A model generated the notes under the pieces. It searched no databases and was not told the origin of the DNA. It saw only the letters and a list, made by a program, of their open reading frames with translations. DNA of 64,000 bases, taken from NCBI GenBank assembly GCA_966212105.1, contig CBIHPH010000004.1, positions 6,935 through 70,934 on the forward strand. The letters are read 5' to 3'. How positions within the stretch are numbered: the first letter of the stretch is position 1; each line of letters starts with the position of its first letter. Shown here piece after piece: positions 10,787 through 20,772 of the stretch. This DNA is from an uncultured Rhizobacter sp. (GTDB lineage Bacteria; Pseudomonadota; Gammaproteobacteria; Burkholderiales; Burkholderiaceae_C). The position numbers were made by a program, and so were the translations under genes.

Positions 10787-11410
10787 TTAGCGAACCACCC
10801 CTTTGCTGCGAAGGAAGTCGTCTACCAGTTGAAGCCGGCTGACCGGGTCCTCCAGCTCCATCAAGCGCTGCTTCGCCGCGATGGAGATGGGCAGGATCTC
10901 GCACCAACGGTTGGCCACCCAGCCCGCCTCATCAAATTTGAACGGCTTCAGGAAGGGCTCCGACCCTTGCTGTTTCAAGGTGCCGATGGCATTGGCCAGC
11001 CCGCGCACCGTTCCCATCTGATCGGCCCCAGGTGCAATGATGTCGTCGTCGGGCACCGGCAAGGTCTTGCCTTCCCACAGCCCATCGTCGAGCAGTGTCT
11101 TGCTCAGCAGCTTGAACCGATGCAGGCCTCGGGCGCGCACTTGAAGAATGCCTGCCTGTGGCGCATCCACATCCAGCAGTTCGGCCACCACGCCAACGGA
11201 TTCGAAGGCGTTGGGGTCCGGTGTCCTGCCGTCGTCTTCGACGGTCTGGCGCACGGCAATCACCCCGAACGGGGTCTGCTCGCGCAACGAGCTGCTGACG
11301 AGGTCCAGGTACCGGGCCTCAAAGACTTTCAGGCTGAGCAGCCCGGCAGGGAACAGCACCGCCTGCAGCGGAAAAAGCGGCAGCGGCTGGACATCGAAAC
11401 GTGCGCGCAT
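10787..11410 (-). CDS. LON peptidase substrate-binding-domain protein (start 11410 or 11431)
   Basis: LPLFPLQAVLFP...LKVFEARYLDLV...WVANRWCEILPI...KQRLMEL. Confidence 0.88.
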   Translation of the reverse strand: MRARFDVQPLPLFPLQAVLFPAGLLSLKVFEARYLDLVSSSLREQTPFGVIAVRQTVEDDGRTPDPNAFESVGVVAELLDVDAPQAGILQVRARGLHRFKLLSKTLLDDGLWEGKTLPVPDDDIIAPGADQMGTVRGLANAIGTLKQQGSEPFLKPFKFDEAGWVANRWCEILPISIAAKQRLMELEDPVSRLQLVDDFLRSKGVVR

Positions 11411-11427
11411 GCGTGGCCCGGCGACGT

Positions 11428-12366
11428 TCAATCGCGTGCGTCCAGTTCCCGGTGGCGGATCAGCGAGACGCTGCGTTCGGCGAAGCGCCGGGCCAGCGTT
11501 TCCGCAAGGTAGACGGACCGGTGCTGGCCGCCGGTGCAGCCGATCGCCACCGTCAGGTAGCTGCGCTGATCCTGTTCGAAGGCGGGCAGCCAGCGGGCGA
11601 CGAAGGCTTCGATCTGCATCATCATCTCGGTCACCTCAGGCTGAGCTTCCAGGTACTTGATCACCTCGTTGTCACGGCCCGTCAACGCCCGCAGTTCGCG
11701 GATGTAGTACGGATTGGGCAGGATACGCACGTCGAACACGAAGTCCGCATCCAGCGGCACACCGTGCTTGAACGCAAACGATTCGAACACCAAGGTCAAC
11801 CCGAGGCTGCCGGCCTGCACGAGATCGCGGATCCACAGCCGCAACTGGGCCGGCCGCAGCTGGCTCGTGTCCACCACGGTGGAGATCTCGCGCAGCTCCG
11901 CAAGCAGTTCGCGTTCGAGTTCGATCGCGTCATACAGGGCGCGGTGGCCTTCCGCTTCCAGGTCCTCCTTTCGGCGGCTGGGGCCCGTGGCCGTGGTCTG
12001 CTGCGACAGTGGGTGGGGGCGGCGCGATTCCGAGAACCGGCGCACGAGGGCTTCGGTGCCGGCGTCCAGGAACACGGATTTGATCATCACTCCCTCACCG
12101 CGCAGCTCTTCCATGAGCGGCAGCAGGTGCGGGAGTGAGCCGGCGCTGCGCACATCCACCGCGATGGCCACGCGGCGCTGGGAACGCTGGTGTTCGAGCC
12201 GGAGGAACTCGCGCAGCAATTCGGGCGGAAGGTTGTCCACGCAGAAAAACCCGGCATCCTCCAGCGCGTGCAGAGCCACCGATTTGCCTGACCCGGAAAT
12301 GCCCGTCACGAGGACCACCTCATTGGGCAGGGGCGTTTCGGCTCCGGTGGGGGCGGCGGTGTTCAT
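11428..12366 (-). CDS. rapZ: RNase adapter RapZ
   Basis: [45 protein letters not shown] and [11 protein letters not shown] motifs; ATGA overlap with recN. Confidence 0.95.
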   Translation of the reverse strand: MNTAAPTGAETPLPNEVVLVTGISGSGKSVALHALEDAGFFCVDNLPPELLREFLRLEHQRSQRRVAIAVDVRSAGSLPHLLPLMEELRGEGVMIKSVFLDAGTEALVRRFSESRRPHPLSQQTTATGPSRRKEDLEAEGHRALYDAIELERELLAELREISTVVDTSQLRPAQLRLWIRDLVQAGSLGLTLVFESFAFKHGVPLDADFVFDVRILPNPYYIRELRALTGRDNEVIKYLEAQPEVTEMMMQIEAFVARWLPAFEQDQRSYLTVAIGCTGGQHRSVYLAETLARRFAERSVSLIRHRELDARD

Positions 12367-14078
12367 GATCGTTTTCGGGGACGGGCCGTGGCGGTACTGG
12401 CGGATGGTTGGGCCGGGGCGTCGGCGGCCACGGACAGCAACTCCTGCGCGTGGGCAAGGCTGGTGCTGGACAGGCGCTCGCCTCCGAGCATACGGGCAAT
12501 TTCGGCAACGCGGGTTTCGCCATGCACCGGCGCGATGTCGCTGCGGGTGCGGCCCTCGTGCGCGGCCTTGGCGACGACGAAATGGTGATCGGCGCAGGCA
12601 GCCACCTGAGGCAGGTGGGTGACAGCCATCACCTGACGGTCGCGGCCGAGCTGTTTCATCAGCCGGCCCACGGTGTCGGCCACGGCACCGCCCACGCCGG
12701 CATCCACCTCGTCGAAGATCAGGGTACCGGCGGCCTCGCCATGCGGGGCGAGTTGGCTGGTCGTCACTGCGATGGCCAGCGCGATGCGCGAGAGCTCGCC
12801 GCCCGAGGCCACCTTGGCCATGGGGCGGGGGGTGCTGCCCGCGTGGCCGGCCACCAGGAACTCCGCCGATTCGAGGCCGTAGGACTGCGGGCTGTCCTGC
12901 TTCTGCAGGGCCACCTCGAACACGCCGCCGGCCATGCCGAGTTGCTGCATCGCGGCCGTCACGGCCTGGCTCAGCTTCGGGGCGGCTGTGCGGCGCGTGG
13001 CCGAGACGCGCTTGGCTTCCGCATCGAACGCCGCCTTGGTGGTCTTCACCCGGGCTTCGAGCGCGCCCAGATCGGAGGCGGCGTCGAGGGCTTTCAGCTC
13101 GTCCTGCCACTGCAGCAGCGTGGCCGGCAATTCCTCAGGGGTGCGCCGATAGCGTTTCGCGAGGCCCATCCAGGCCGACAGACGCTCATCGAGTTCTTGC
13201 AATCGCTCCGGATCGAGGTCCGCATGGTTCAGGTAACTGGCCAGCGTGTGGGCGGCATCCTGCAACTGCACCTGGGCGCTTTGCAGGACGCCGACCACCT
13301 CGGCCAGGCGGGTGTCGTACTCCGCCACCGATTCGAGCGCGTCCGCAGCACGGCCCGCCAGGCCGTCGGCGCTGACGTCGGCCTCGCTCACTGCATCGAG
13401 TGCCGTGCGGGCTGCGTCCATGAGCGCCTGTGCGTTGGACAGCCGGGCGTGTTCGGCGTTGAGTTCATCCCATTCGTCGGCGCCGGGGGCCAGCTTGTCC
13501 ACTTCATTGACCTGCCAGGCCAGGCGCTCGCGCTCGCGTTCCAGGTCCGCCTGCTGGGTGCGCGCCTTCTCGAGCGCGTCGGTGGCGGTCTTCCAGGCAC
13601 CCCAGGCGGTGGTGAGCGGGTCGGTGTCGAGGCCGGCGTAGGCGTCGAGCAGGCCCCGCACGGCGGCAGGCCGGGTGAGGCTCTGCCAGGCATGCTGGCC
13701 GTGGATGTCGACGAGGTGATCGGCCGCCTCACGCAGCTGCGCCACGGTGGCCGGGCTGCCATTGACCCAGGCGCGGCTCTTGCCTTGCGCATCGATCACC
13801 CGGCGCAGCAGCAGCGTGTCACCGCCCTCGAAGCCGGCGGCGTCGAGCCATGCCAACAAGCTGGTGGGCGCGTCGAACTCCGCCGTGATATCGGCGCGGG
13901 CGGCGCCTTCGCGCACCACACCGGCGTCGCCCCGGCTGCCCAGTGCCAACTGCACCGCATCGATGAGGATCGACTTGCCGGCGCCGGTTTCGCCAGTGAG
14001 CACGGAGAACCCGCCTGAGAGCTCGACCTCCAGGGTGGTGACGATGACGAAGTCCCGAAGTGCCAGGCGGCGGAGCAT
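12363..14078 (-). CDS. recN: DNA repair protein RecN
   Basis: [40 protein letters not shown] and VTHLPQVAA motifs. Confidence 0.97.
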   Translation of the reverse strand: MLRRLALRDFVIVTTLEVELSGGFSVLTGETGAGKSILIDAVQLALGSRGDAGVVREGAARADITAEFDAPTSLLAWLDAAGFEGGDTLLLRRVIDAQGKSRAWVNGSPATVAQLREAADHLVDIHGQHAWQSLTRPAAVRGLLDAYAGLDTDPLTTAWGAWKTATDALEKARTQQADLERERERLAWQVNEVDKLAPGADEWDELNAEHARLSNAQALMDAARTALDAVSEADVSADGLAGRAADALESVAEYDTRLAEVVGVLQSAQVQLQDAAHTLASYLNHADLDPERLQELDERLSAWMGLAKRYRRTPEELPATLLQWQDELKALDAASDLGALEARVKTTKAAFDAEAKRVSATRRTAAPKLSQAVTAAMQQLGMAGGVFEVALQKQDSPQSYGLESAEFLVAGHAGSTPRPMAKVASGGELSRIALAIAVTTSQLAPHGEAAGTLIFDEVDAGVGGAVADTVGRLMKQLGRDRQVMAVTHLPQVAACADHHFVVAKAAHEGRTRSDIAPVHGETRVAEIARMLGGERLSSTSLAHAQELLSVAADAPAQPSASTATARPRKRS

Positions 14079-14141
14079 GTCAGCGCCCGCCCGCCCGCGG
14101 GCCGTGAACGATGTGAGCGACGGGGATCCCCATTCCCATTC

Positions 14142-15014
14142 CTAGACTCCGGTATTCCAGTGAAGCTTGCGGCGCAGTGTGGCGTAGTAGCTCCAGCCCC
14201 GCGGATGCAGGAAACGCACCTGATGCGAGGACCGGCCGACCATGATGCGGTCGCCCGTCAGCAGGCTGGCCATGCCTTGCATGTCGAAATTCACATTGGC
14301 GTCGCGCCCCTCCACCAGTTCGATGCAGATGCGGCCCACGTCCGGCAGCACGATGGGGCGGTTCGACAGGTCGTGCGGCGCGATGGGCGCCATCACCCAT
14401 GCGGCGATGCCCGGGTGCAGGATGGGCCCGCCTGCCGACAGCGCATAAGCCGTGGAGCCGGTGGGCGATGCGACGATCAGCCCATCGGCCCGGAAGTTGC
14501 CGACGAATTCATCGCCGATGGTGACCTTCAGCTCGATCATCGACGACATGAAGCCGCGGCTCACCACCACATCGTTGAGGCCGAAACCTTCGAAAATCAT
14601 GCGGCCGTCGCGCCACACGCCGCCTTCGAGCATGGTGCGGCGCTCCTCTTCATAGTCGCCGGCGATCATGGGGGCCAATGCCTCGGCGTAATGGCCGATC
14701 GGCACGTCCGTGATGAAGCCCAGGCGCCCCTGGTTGATGCCCACCAGCGGCAGCCCGAACTGCGCCAGTTGCCGGGCGCTGCCGAGCATGGTGCCATCGC
14801 CGCCGACCACGATGGCCAGGTCGCAATGCCGGCCCATTTCGCTGTGGGTCAGGGCGTTGTAGTCGGTCATCCCCGTGTTCAGCGCCGTGTCACGCTCCAG
14901 GGAAACTTCGAGCCCCTTGCGGGCCAGGAACTGGGCGACTTCTTCCAGCAGGCCCTGGATGCCACGGGCCTGGTATTTGCCCACGAGAGCGGCGTGACGG
15001 AAGCGTGAAGACAT
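14142..15014 (-). CDS. nadK: NAD kinase
   Basis: [21 protein letters not shown] and [22 protein letters not shown] motifs. Confidence 0.96.
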   Translation of the reverse strand: MSSRFRHAALVGKYQARGIQGLLEEVAQFLARKGLEVSLERDTALNTGMTDYNALTHSEMGRHCDLAIVVGGDGTMLGSARQLAQFGLPLVGINQGRLGFITDVPIGHYAEALAPMIAGDYEEERRTMLEGGVWRDGRMIFEGFGLNDVVVSRGFMSSMIELKVTIGDEFVGNFRADGLIVASPTGSTAYALSAGGPILHPGIAAWVMAPIAPHDLSNRPIVLPDVGRICIELVEGRDANVNFDMQGMASLLTGDRIMVGRSSHQVRFLHPRGWSYYATLRRKLHWNTGV

Positions 15015-15094
15015 GCTGGAATTACACCACAGCGCCACCCTGTCGCCAGCCCGTGGAACCCGGCACAATCGGCTCGCGACCTACAATTCGGTTC

Positions 15095-16108
15095 ATGCTG
15101 GACGAGCGTGCGAAAACCCTGCTGAAGGCGCTGGTGGAGCGCTACATCGCCGACGGGCAACCCGTCGGCTCGCGCACGCTGTCTCGCGCCTCCGGCCTGG
15201 ATCTTTCTCCCGCCACCATCCGCAACGTGATGGCCGACCTGGAAGACCTCGGCCTCATCGCCAGCCCCCACACCAGCGCCGGCCGCATCCCCACCGCCCG
15301 GGGCTACCGCCTCTTCGTCGACACCATGCTCACCGCGCAGCCGCGCGACCTGGCTGCGGCGTCGATGGAGCCGCCCCAACTCCAGCCCGACCAGCCCCAG
15401 CGCGTCATCGCCAGTGCCGCCCAGCTGCTGTCGAACCTGTCGAGCTTCGTCGGCGTCGTGACCGCGCCCCGCAAGGTCAGCGTCTTCCATCACATCGAAT
15501 TCCTGCGCCTGTCCGAGCGCCGGGTGCTCGTCATCCTGGTCACCCCGGAAGGCGACGTGCAGAACCGCGTCGTCCTCACCGCCCAGGACTACACCCAAAG
15601 CCAGCTGCAGGAGGCCAGCAACTTCCTGACCGCTCAGTACGCCGGCCTCTCCATCGAGCAGGTGCGCGAGCGCCTGAAAAGCGAAGTCGATGCCCTCCGG
15701 GGCGAAATCGCCGCCCTCATGCAGGCGGCCGTGCTCGCCGGCACCGAAGCCGACGACAGCCAGGAGCAGGTCGTCGTCTCCGGCGAGCGCAACTTGCTGG
15801 CCGTGCAAGACTTCTCCAGCGACATGGGCTCGCTCAGGAAACTGTTCGACCTCTTCGAACAAAAGACCCAGCTGATGCGGCTGCTCGAGGTTTCGAGCCG
15901 GGCCGAAGGCGTGCGCATCTTCATTGGCGGAGAGAGCCGCGTCGTGCCGTTCGAAGAACTGTCCGTCGTGTCCGCCCCGTACGAAGTGAACGGCCAGATC
16001 GTCGGCACCCTGGGCGTCATCGGCCCCACCCGCATGGCTTACGACCGGATGATCCAGATCGTCGACATCACGTCGCGGCTTGTGACGAACGCGCTGAGCA
16101 CCAAGTAA
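15095..16108 (+). CDS. hrcA: Heat-inducible transcription repressor HrcA
   Basis: GQPVGSRTL...[14 protein letters not shown]...[10 protein letters not shown]...GYRLFVD and [10 protein letters not shown]; divergent from nadK. Confidence 0.97.
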   Translation: MLDERAKTLLKALVERYIADGQPVGSRTLSRASGLDLSPATIRNVMADLEDLGLIASPHTSAGRIPTARGYRLFVDTMLTAQPRDLAAASMEPPQLQPDQPQRVIASAAQLLSNLSSFVGVVTAPRKVSVFHHIEFLRLSERRVLVILVTPEGDVQNRVVLTAQDYTQSQLQEASNFLTAQYAGLSIEQVRERLKSEVDALRGEIAALMQAAVLAGTEADDSQEQVVVSGERNLLAVQDFSSDMGSLRKLFDLFEQKTQLMRLLEVSSRAEGVRIFIGGESRVVPFEELSVVSAPYEVNGQIVGTLGVIGPTRMAYDRMIQIVDITSRLVTNALSTK

Positions 16109-16150
16109 CCGGGCCGGCCGCTGAGGCGTGCCTACAATGGCGGATTTCGG

Positions 16151-16227
16151 GGGCCGTTAGCTCAGTTGGTTAGAGCAGAGGACTCATAATCCTTTGGTCG
16201 CTGGTTCAAGTCCAGCACGGCCTACCA
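16151..16227 (+). tRNA. tRNA with CAT anticodon, most likely tRNA-Ile2 (lysidine-modified)
   Basis: GGGCCGTTAGCTCAGTTGGTTAGAGCAGAGGACTCATAATCCTTTGGTCGCTGGTTCAAGTCCAGCACGGCCTACCA; ACTCATAAT loop and T-arm resemble ileX-type tRNAs. A TACAAT -10-like element lies at 16133-16138. Confidence 0.9.
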
Positions 16228-16427
16228 CCCCACCTCAGGGAGTCTTCCTCCGAGAACATCCGGCCAACGAGGTTATGCGCGACCACGTCACTTGCCAACC
16301 GTAGGTGCAGTACCGTGGCGAAGCCGGTGCAATTCTGTTCGCTCCGGAGGAATGGGCGCCGCCGCTATCGCGCCAGATCCTCAGTTCCTGCAGTTGATGG
16401 ATCGTTGCAGATTCGGAAAAGCAGAAC

Positions 16428-16775
16428 ATGCCGTTTGATGACTTTGACCACTGCGTGTCAATCCTCGGCCGACTTGAAGCCGACAAGCGCCTTCGTCTGT
16501 TTGAAGTGCTCGCCCACAACCTGACCGTTGCTGCGCGCATGATTGGGGCTGACGGCGGAATGACACCGACAGAGCAGGTGCAATCGCTCAACGCCGTCAA
16601 TGAATGTCTGCATCGAGCGACGGCACGGATATGGGTTCAGCGATTGCAGACCCACGAGTGGTCGGACGAGGACTTCCTGTCGCTGCTGCGACACACGGAC
16701 GAATCCTTGCATCCCAACGTTCAGGGTGCTGTGCACCGGGCGTTTCATATCTCAGTCGCCACCGTGAGCGCGTAG
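16428..16775 (+). CDS. Hypothetical small helical protein (115 aa)
   Basis: ORF with normal amino-acid composition and a purine-rich upstream region; no family recognised. Confidence 0.55.
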   Translation: MPFDDFDHCVSILGRLEADKRLRLFEVLAHNLTVAARMIGADGGMTPTEQVQSLNAVNECLHRATARIWVQRLQTHEWSDEDFLSLLRHTDESLHPNVQGAVHRAFHISVATVSA

Positions 16776-16780
16776 CAACC

Positions 16781-16931
16781 CCTTTCTCCAACCGAACGCG
16801 GCTGACCGGGTGCCACGTGCCGAGCCAGTCTCTTCGATGGACTTCTTCGACCAGTCGATCGGAGTGCCGCCAATCCTGCTGAGGAACTCAGGAAGCCATC
16901 GCGTTTGCCCGGGTGCTCGCCGGGAACCGAG
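16781..16931 (-). pseudogene. Decayed, internally deleted remnant of a paralogue of the 592-aa gene at 17649-19427
   Basis: 16781-16860 aligns to 17878-17958, and 16862-16931 aligns to 18201-18270 (8 mismatches in 70 nt by manual alignment). Confidence 0.85.
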
Positions 16932-17017
16932 TGATCGCGCTAACAGATGACAAGCTGATGCGACACTGGTGGCAAACGCCAGTGGGCGAAAATTTTCTCC
17001 GTCAGGGGAGGTAGGCA

Positions 17018-17521
17018 ATGACGTTCGAATTCCTTTGCAGCGGATGCGGCCAGGTGCATAGAGGCATGCCGGCGCTCGACGCCGCAGCTCCGCTGAGCTA
17101 CTACATCGTGCCGAAGGACGAGCGCGAGGGTCGTTGTCAGCTCGACTCGGATGCCTGCGTCATCGACGGCAAGGCGTTCTACGTCCGCGGCTGCCTCGAA
17201 ATTCCGGTGCATGGCGAGTCCGAACCGTTCTCCTGGGGCGTGTGGGTGTCACTCAGCGAGAAGAGCTTCCGGCAATGGGTCGAGTGCTACGAATCCGAGG
17301 AGCGGTCGCACATCGGCCCCTTCTTCGGATGGCTGAACGCGGCACTCAAGCCGTATCCGGACACGGTCAGCCTCAAGACCCATGTGCATCTCAGGGACGG
17401 CTTCATCCGGCCCTTCATCGAGCTGGAGCCGACCGACCATCCGCTGGCCGTTGAGCAGCGCGAGGGAATATCCGTCGAGCGCGTGGCTCAGCTCTATGCG
17501 TCGGTGGTGCACGACATCTAG
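17018..17521 (+). CDS. DUF2199-like protein
   Basis: FLCSGCGQVH...FYVRGCLEIPV...FSWGVWVSLSEKSF...FFGWL...DHPLAVEQREGI; GGAGG RBS. Confidence 0.75.
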   Translation: MTFEFLCSGCGQVHRGMPALDAAAPLSYYIVPKDEREGRCQLDSDACVIDGKAFYVRGCLEIPVHGESEPFSWGVWVSLSEKSFRQWVECYESEERSHIGPFFGWLNAALKPYPDTVSLKTHVHLRDGFIRPFIELEPTDHPLAVEQREGISVERVAQLYASVVHDI

Positions 17522-17648
17522 GCGAACGGCGAGAAGGCGCGCTGATCGCCCCATTGCGGGCCAGCCCTGAGAAGGTCGATGTCGCTTTCGATTGACTATC
17601 GCCTTGCCTGTTCGGGCTGGCCGAGATGCCGGTGGCAGCTTGCCTCGG

Positions 17649-19427
17649 CTAGCGTCGCAACACGGTCAAGAATGATTTGCACTGGTCCAAGGCCAGTGAC
17701 GCAGCCAAGTCCATGCCATACGTTGCTCCTTTCGTGATGGCTTCCAGTGCGGCGCGATCATCCTCTTGACTGATTTTCGCGGGCGGAAACGGAAATTGCT
17801 GTCTCATCGAGACCAAGGCAGCGCCAAGCGCTACGTCGAGCACGGGCATGGGGTCCGCCACGGGAAGGGGGGGATCGCCCTTCTCCAACTGAACGCGGGT
17901 GACCGGGTCCCATGGGTCGAGCCACGCGACTTCGATGAATTTCTTCGACCAGTCGATCAACCATTCAAGGGTTTGGCAGTGGCCGGCTCGACGTGCAAAC
18001 ACATCGCGTGCGTGAATGCCGATGTGCATCAGCGTCGAGGCGGGGATGCGCTCCAGCGGAACTTCCGGGCTGGTGACAGCCGCTTCGACGATTCGGTCGC
18101 TGAAGATGACTTCCCACCATGTCAGCCGATGGAAGCAGTTGTGCTTCTCCGGCGGTGACATCCAGACGCCGATGTTGGTGTAGTAGTTCTTGATCTTGCT
18201 GAGTGCCGCCAATCCCGCTGCGGAACTCAGGAAGCCGTCGTGTTTGCTCGCGTGCTCGCCGGCAACTGAGAATTCGTCGAACCCTCCGCCCTCCAGCACA
18301 CCGATCAAGTTCACGTTGACGAAGTGGTGCCAGGTCGAGTCGCAGACAACACGCCCCTTGCCACTGGCGCGATGGCCGTCGTAGGCGCAGACCACGCCGA
18401 AGGTTTGCGCAATGGTGGGGATTTTCATTGCGTTCGGTCCGGTCGAGCGGGTCGTGTTGCCCGCATGGACACGGCCCCGGGCGACCACCTCCGGCAGGAT
18501 CTGGGTGCCGCCACCATCGGCCGGGTACTCGTCGTCCCCATTGAACTTCTGGGTCACGTCGGGAGGCATGCGGCACTCGCCTTCGTGCGGGTGGTCAGGG
18601 AACACATCGATGCGCCCCATGCGGCCACACATCAGCGGATGAGGGTACCGGGCAGTGCGAAGGACGCCTGCATAAGAGCTGTAGAGCAGCAGGTCGAGCG
18701 GTTGCGGGATGTCGTCGCTCTGGTCGCTGAAGGACGTTCCCGCGTCGTGCCCTTCCTGGTTCGAGTCGTTGCGGCGCGGTCCGGTCATGCTGACCTGGTT
18801 CTGGTTGTCGTCGGAACTCGGGAAGTCGCCCCAGTAGCGCATGCCTCGGACGCGTGGCAGGGCACCGCTGAGCGCCTGGCCGAGGTAGCCGTGGTCCCCC
18901 GTGGCGAACACGCCACCGCCGCGCTGCATGTGCGCGTGGATGGCGTTGATTTCCGCAGGGGCGAGGAAGGGGCCGCGTTGCGGCATCCCGGCATAGTCGG
19001 TTTCGAATCCGAACAACCAGATCTGGTCGTACATGTCCGGCTTGAAGTGGGATACGTTGTCGAACCGGAATGATTTGATGCGGTTCGCGATGCCAGTCTC
19101 CGACGCAAGCATCTCGGGATCACTGACATCGCGAATATGCGCCAATGTCAGCTCGAAGTGCACGCGGCTGGGTGCCTCGTCTCTCAGGGTGCGCACGAAG
19201 GTGGAGAGGCCGAAGTCGCCTTCGCCGAAGTTGAGCGGGCCGTCGGTCACGATCAGCGCCTTGACGGTGCAGTGACGCCACCACGGGTAAAACGTCTCCG
19301 GCGATCGCACGAAGTCGAGGCGGCGTTTCATGTTGAGCTGAATGAGTTCGCGGTTGCCGAAACTGATGTCGGAGAGCGAAGGTGGTGTATCGGGTTTCCG
19401 GGGGGGACGGGAAGTTGATGTAGCCAT
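17649..19427 (-). CDS. Hypothetical protein (592 aa), possible class I glutamine amidotransferase-like fold
   Basis: Long ORF with AAGGAG RBS; motifs YDQIWLFG, GGGVFATGDH, PDHPHEG and GRVVCDSTWHHF. Confidence 0.75.
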   Translation of the reverse strand: MATSTSRPPRKPDTPPSLSDISFGNRELIQLNMKRRLDFVRSPETFYPWWRHCTVKALIVTDGPLNFGEGDFGLSTFVRTLRDEAPSRVHFELTLAHIRDVSDPEMLASETGIANRIKSFRFDNVSHFKPDMYDQIWLFGFETDYAGMPQRGPFLAPAEINAIHAHMQRGGGVFATGDHGYLGQALSGALPRVRGMRYWGDFPSSDDNQNQVSMTGPRRNDSNQEGHDAGTSFSDQSDDIPQPLDLLLYSSYAGVLRTARYPHPLMCGRMGRIDVFPDHPHEGECRMPPDVTQKFNGDDEYPADGGGTQILPEVVARGRVHAGNTTRSTGPNAMKIPTIAQTFGVVCAYDGHRASGKGRVVCDSTWHHFVNVNLIGVLEGGGFDEFSVAGEHASKHDGFLSSAAGLAALSKIKNYYTNIGVWMSPPEKHNCFHRLTWWEVIFSDRIVEAAVTSPEVPLERIPASTLMHIGIHARDVFARRAGHCQTLEWLIDWSKKFIEVAWLDPWDPVTRVQLEKGDPPLPVADPMPVLDVALGAALVSMRQQFPFPPAKISQEDDRAALEAITKGATYGMDLAASLALDQCKSFLTVLRR

Positions 19428-19637
19428 GGCTGGATCTCCTTCGATGGATGCGGATGAGCGGCACTTCGATTCGGCAACCTCGTTTTGCCCCGACGCCGGC
19501 GATCAAGGTGGGCCGCAGCCGTCATGGCGACCAGCGAATACTTGGTTGCAGGTCCACACGGTGTGCCAGCCTGGTTCTGCCGTCATCCTCCGTCCGACGG
19601 ACGAGGAATCACTGCAATGGCCGTCCGGCCCGGGGAT

Positions 19638-19706
19638 TCATGGCCGCCGTGGCGCGGCGCTCATGTCCATCCAGATGGCCTCGAAGATGTGGCCGTCGAG
19701 GTCCAT
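19638..19706 (-). pseudogene. C-terminal remnant of a VOC/glyoxalase-family gene
   Basis: Minus strand reads DLDGHIFEAIWMDMSAAPRRP*, matching the typical VOC C-terminal DxDGHxWE...WMD motif. The upstream part is replaced by the LysR gene end. Confidence 0.55.
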
Positions 19707-19746
19707 CCAGCCAGGGCCGGCTTGGCAGCGTCGGCCCTTGCCGCTA

Positions 19747-20673
19747 TCACCCCGCTGAATGCGCCTGTTCGGCCAGTGACTCCGCCACGAAATCGACAAA
19801 CGCACGAACGCGCGCAGTGCGTTGGTGGCGTTGGGGGAACACGGCGTGGATGGCGGCATCCGGGGTGCTGTAGTTCGGCAGTACCTGCACGAGCCTGCCG
19901 CTGGCGAGGTAGCGGTGGATGTCCCATTCGGCGCGCATGAGGATGCCGTGGCCTTCGAGTGCCCAGTTGACCGCGATTTCGCCGTCGTTGGTGGTGAGGT
20001 TGCCGCGGATCTTGATGGTCTCGGTGGAGGCTTGGCGGCCTCGGCCGGTGCTCAGGCGCCACACCCCGTACGCCTCTTCGCCTTGGCGGATGCCGATGCA
20101 GTTGTGGCGGGTGAGGTCGTGGGGGACTTTGGGCACACCGTGTCTTGCCAGGTAGGACGGCGCTGCGCACAGCAGCCGTCGGTTGTCTGCCAGGCGTTTG
20201 GCAATGACGCGTGTGTCGGGCGGCTCTCCGAATCGGATGCAGACGTCCCAGGCGTCGTCCGTCAATGGCGGCGGGTTCACCGAGAGCTGCAGCTGTGCTT
20301 CGATGTGGGGGTATTTGCGCACGAAGCGCGAGATGAGCGGCGCCACGTGGCTGCGGCCGAAGCCGAGGGTGGCGTTGACCCGCAGCAGGCCCGTCGGGGT
20401 GGCCTTGGCCACGCCCAGCAGTTCGCTCAGGTCGTCGATTTCGCTGAGGATGCGGCGCGCATGTTCCAGGTACAGCTCGCCCTCGGGTGTGAGACTCATC
20501 CTCCGGGTGGTGCGGACGATGAGTGGCATGCCCAGCCGTCCCTCCATCTGCGCCAGGCGTTTGCTGACGGCCGCGGTCGTGACGTTGAGTTCGCGTGCGG
20601 CCGCGCTGAGGCTGCCGGCGGATGCGAGCGTCGAGAAGAAGCCGAGGTCGAGCGGGTGGATGTCGGCGGTCAT
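19747..20673 (-). CDS. LysR-family regulator (DmlR/TtuA-like)
   Basis: HTH SLSAAARELNVTTAAVSKRLAQME...RTTRRMSLTPEG; divergent from the decarboxylating dehydrogenase gene. Confidence 0.93.
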   Translation of the reverse strand: MTADIHPLDLGFFSTLASAGSLSAAARELNVTTAAVSKRLAQMEGRLGMPLIVRTTRRMSLTPEGELYLEHARRILSEIDDLSELLGVAKATPTGLLRVNATLGFGRSHVAPLISRFVRKYPHIEAQLQLSVNPPPLTDDAWDVCIRFGEPPDTRVIAKRLADNRRLLCAAPSYLARHGVPKVPHDLTRHNCIGIRQGEEAYGVWRLSTGRGRQASTETIKIRGNLTTNDGEIAVNWALEGHGILMRAEWDIHRYLASGRLVQVLPNYSTPDAAIHAVFPQRHQRTARVRAFVDFVAESLAEQAHSAG

Positions 20674-20772
20674 TGTTGAGCCGAAGTTGATGCCGGCTTG
20701 ACTCTAGCGATGGGTCTGCGCACCGTCCACTGCCTACAGTTCCTTCACGCCACATCAGCACAGGAGCTGTCC

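Noticed and set aside
9973..10907. ORFs of 70-180 aa with repeated peptides (e.g. HTDESRY, SYRRKSVPT)
   Set aside because: These are translations of the DNA repeat array in several frames, with no sign of being genes.
16151..16227. tRNA-Met call
   Set aside because: It lacks the initiator features (C1:A72 mismatch, GGG/CCC anticodon stem), and the sequence resembles ileX-type tRNA-Ile2. Elongator Met is not fully excluded without tRNAscan-SE.
16781..18270. Diversity-generating retroelement template/variable repeat pair
   Set aside because: Mismatches are not confined to adenines on either strand, the copy has an indel and a large deletion, and no reverse transcriptase is present.
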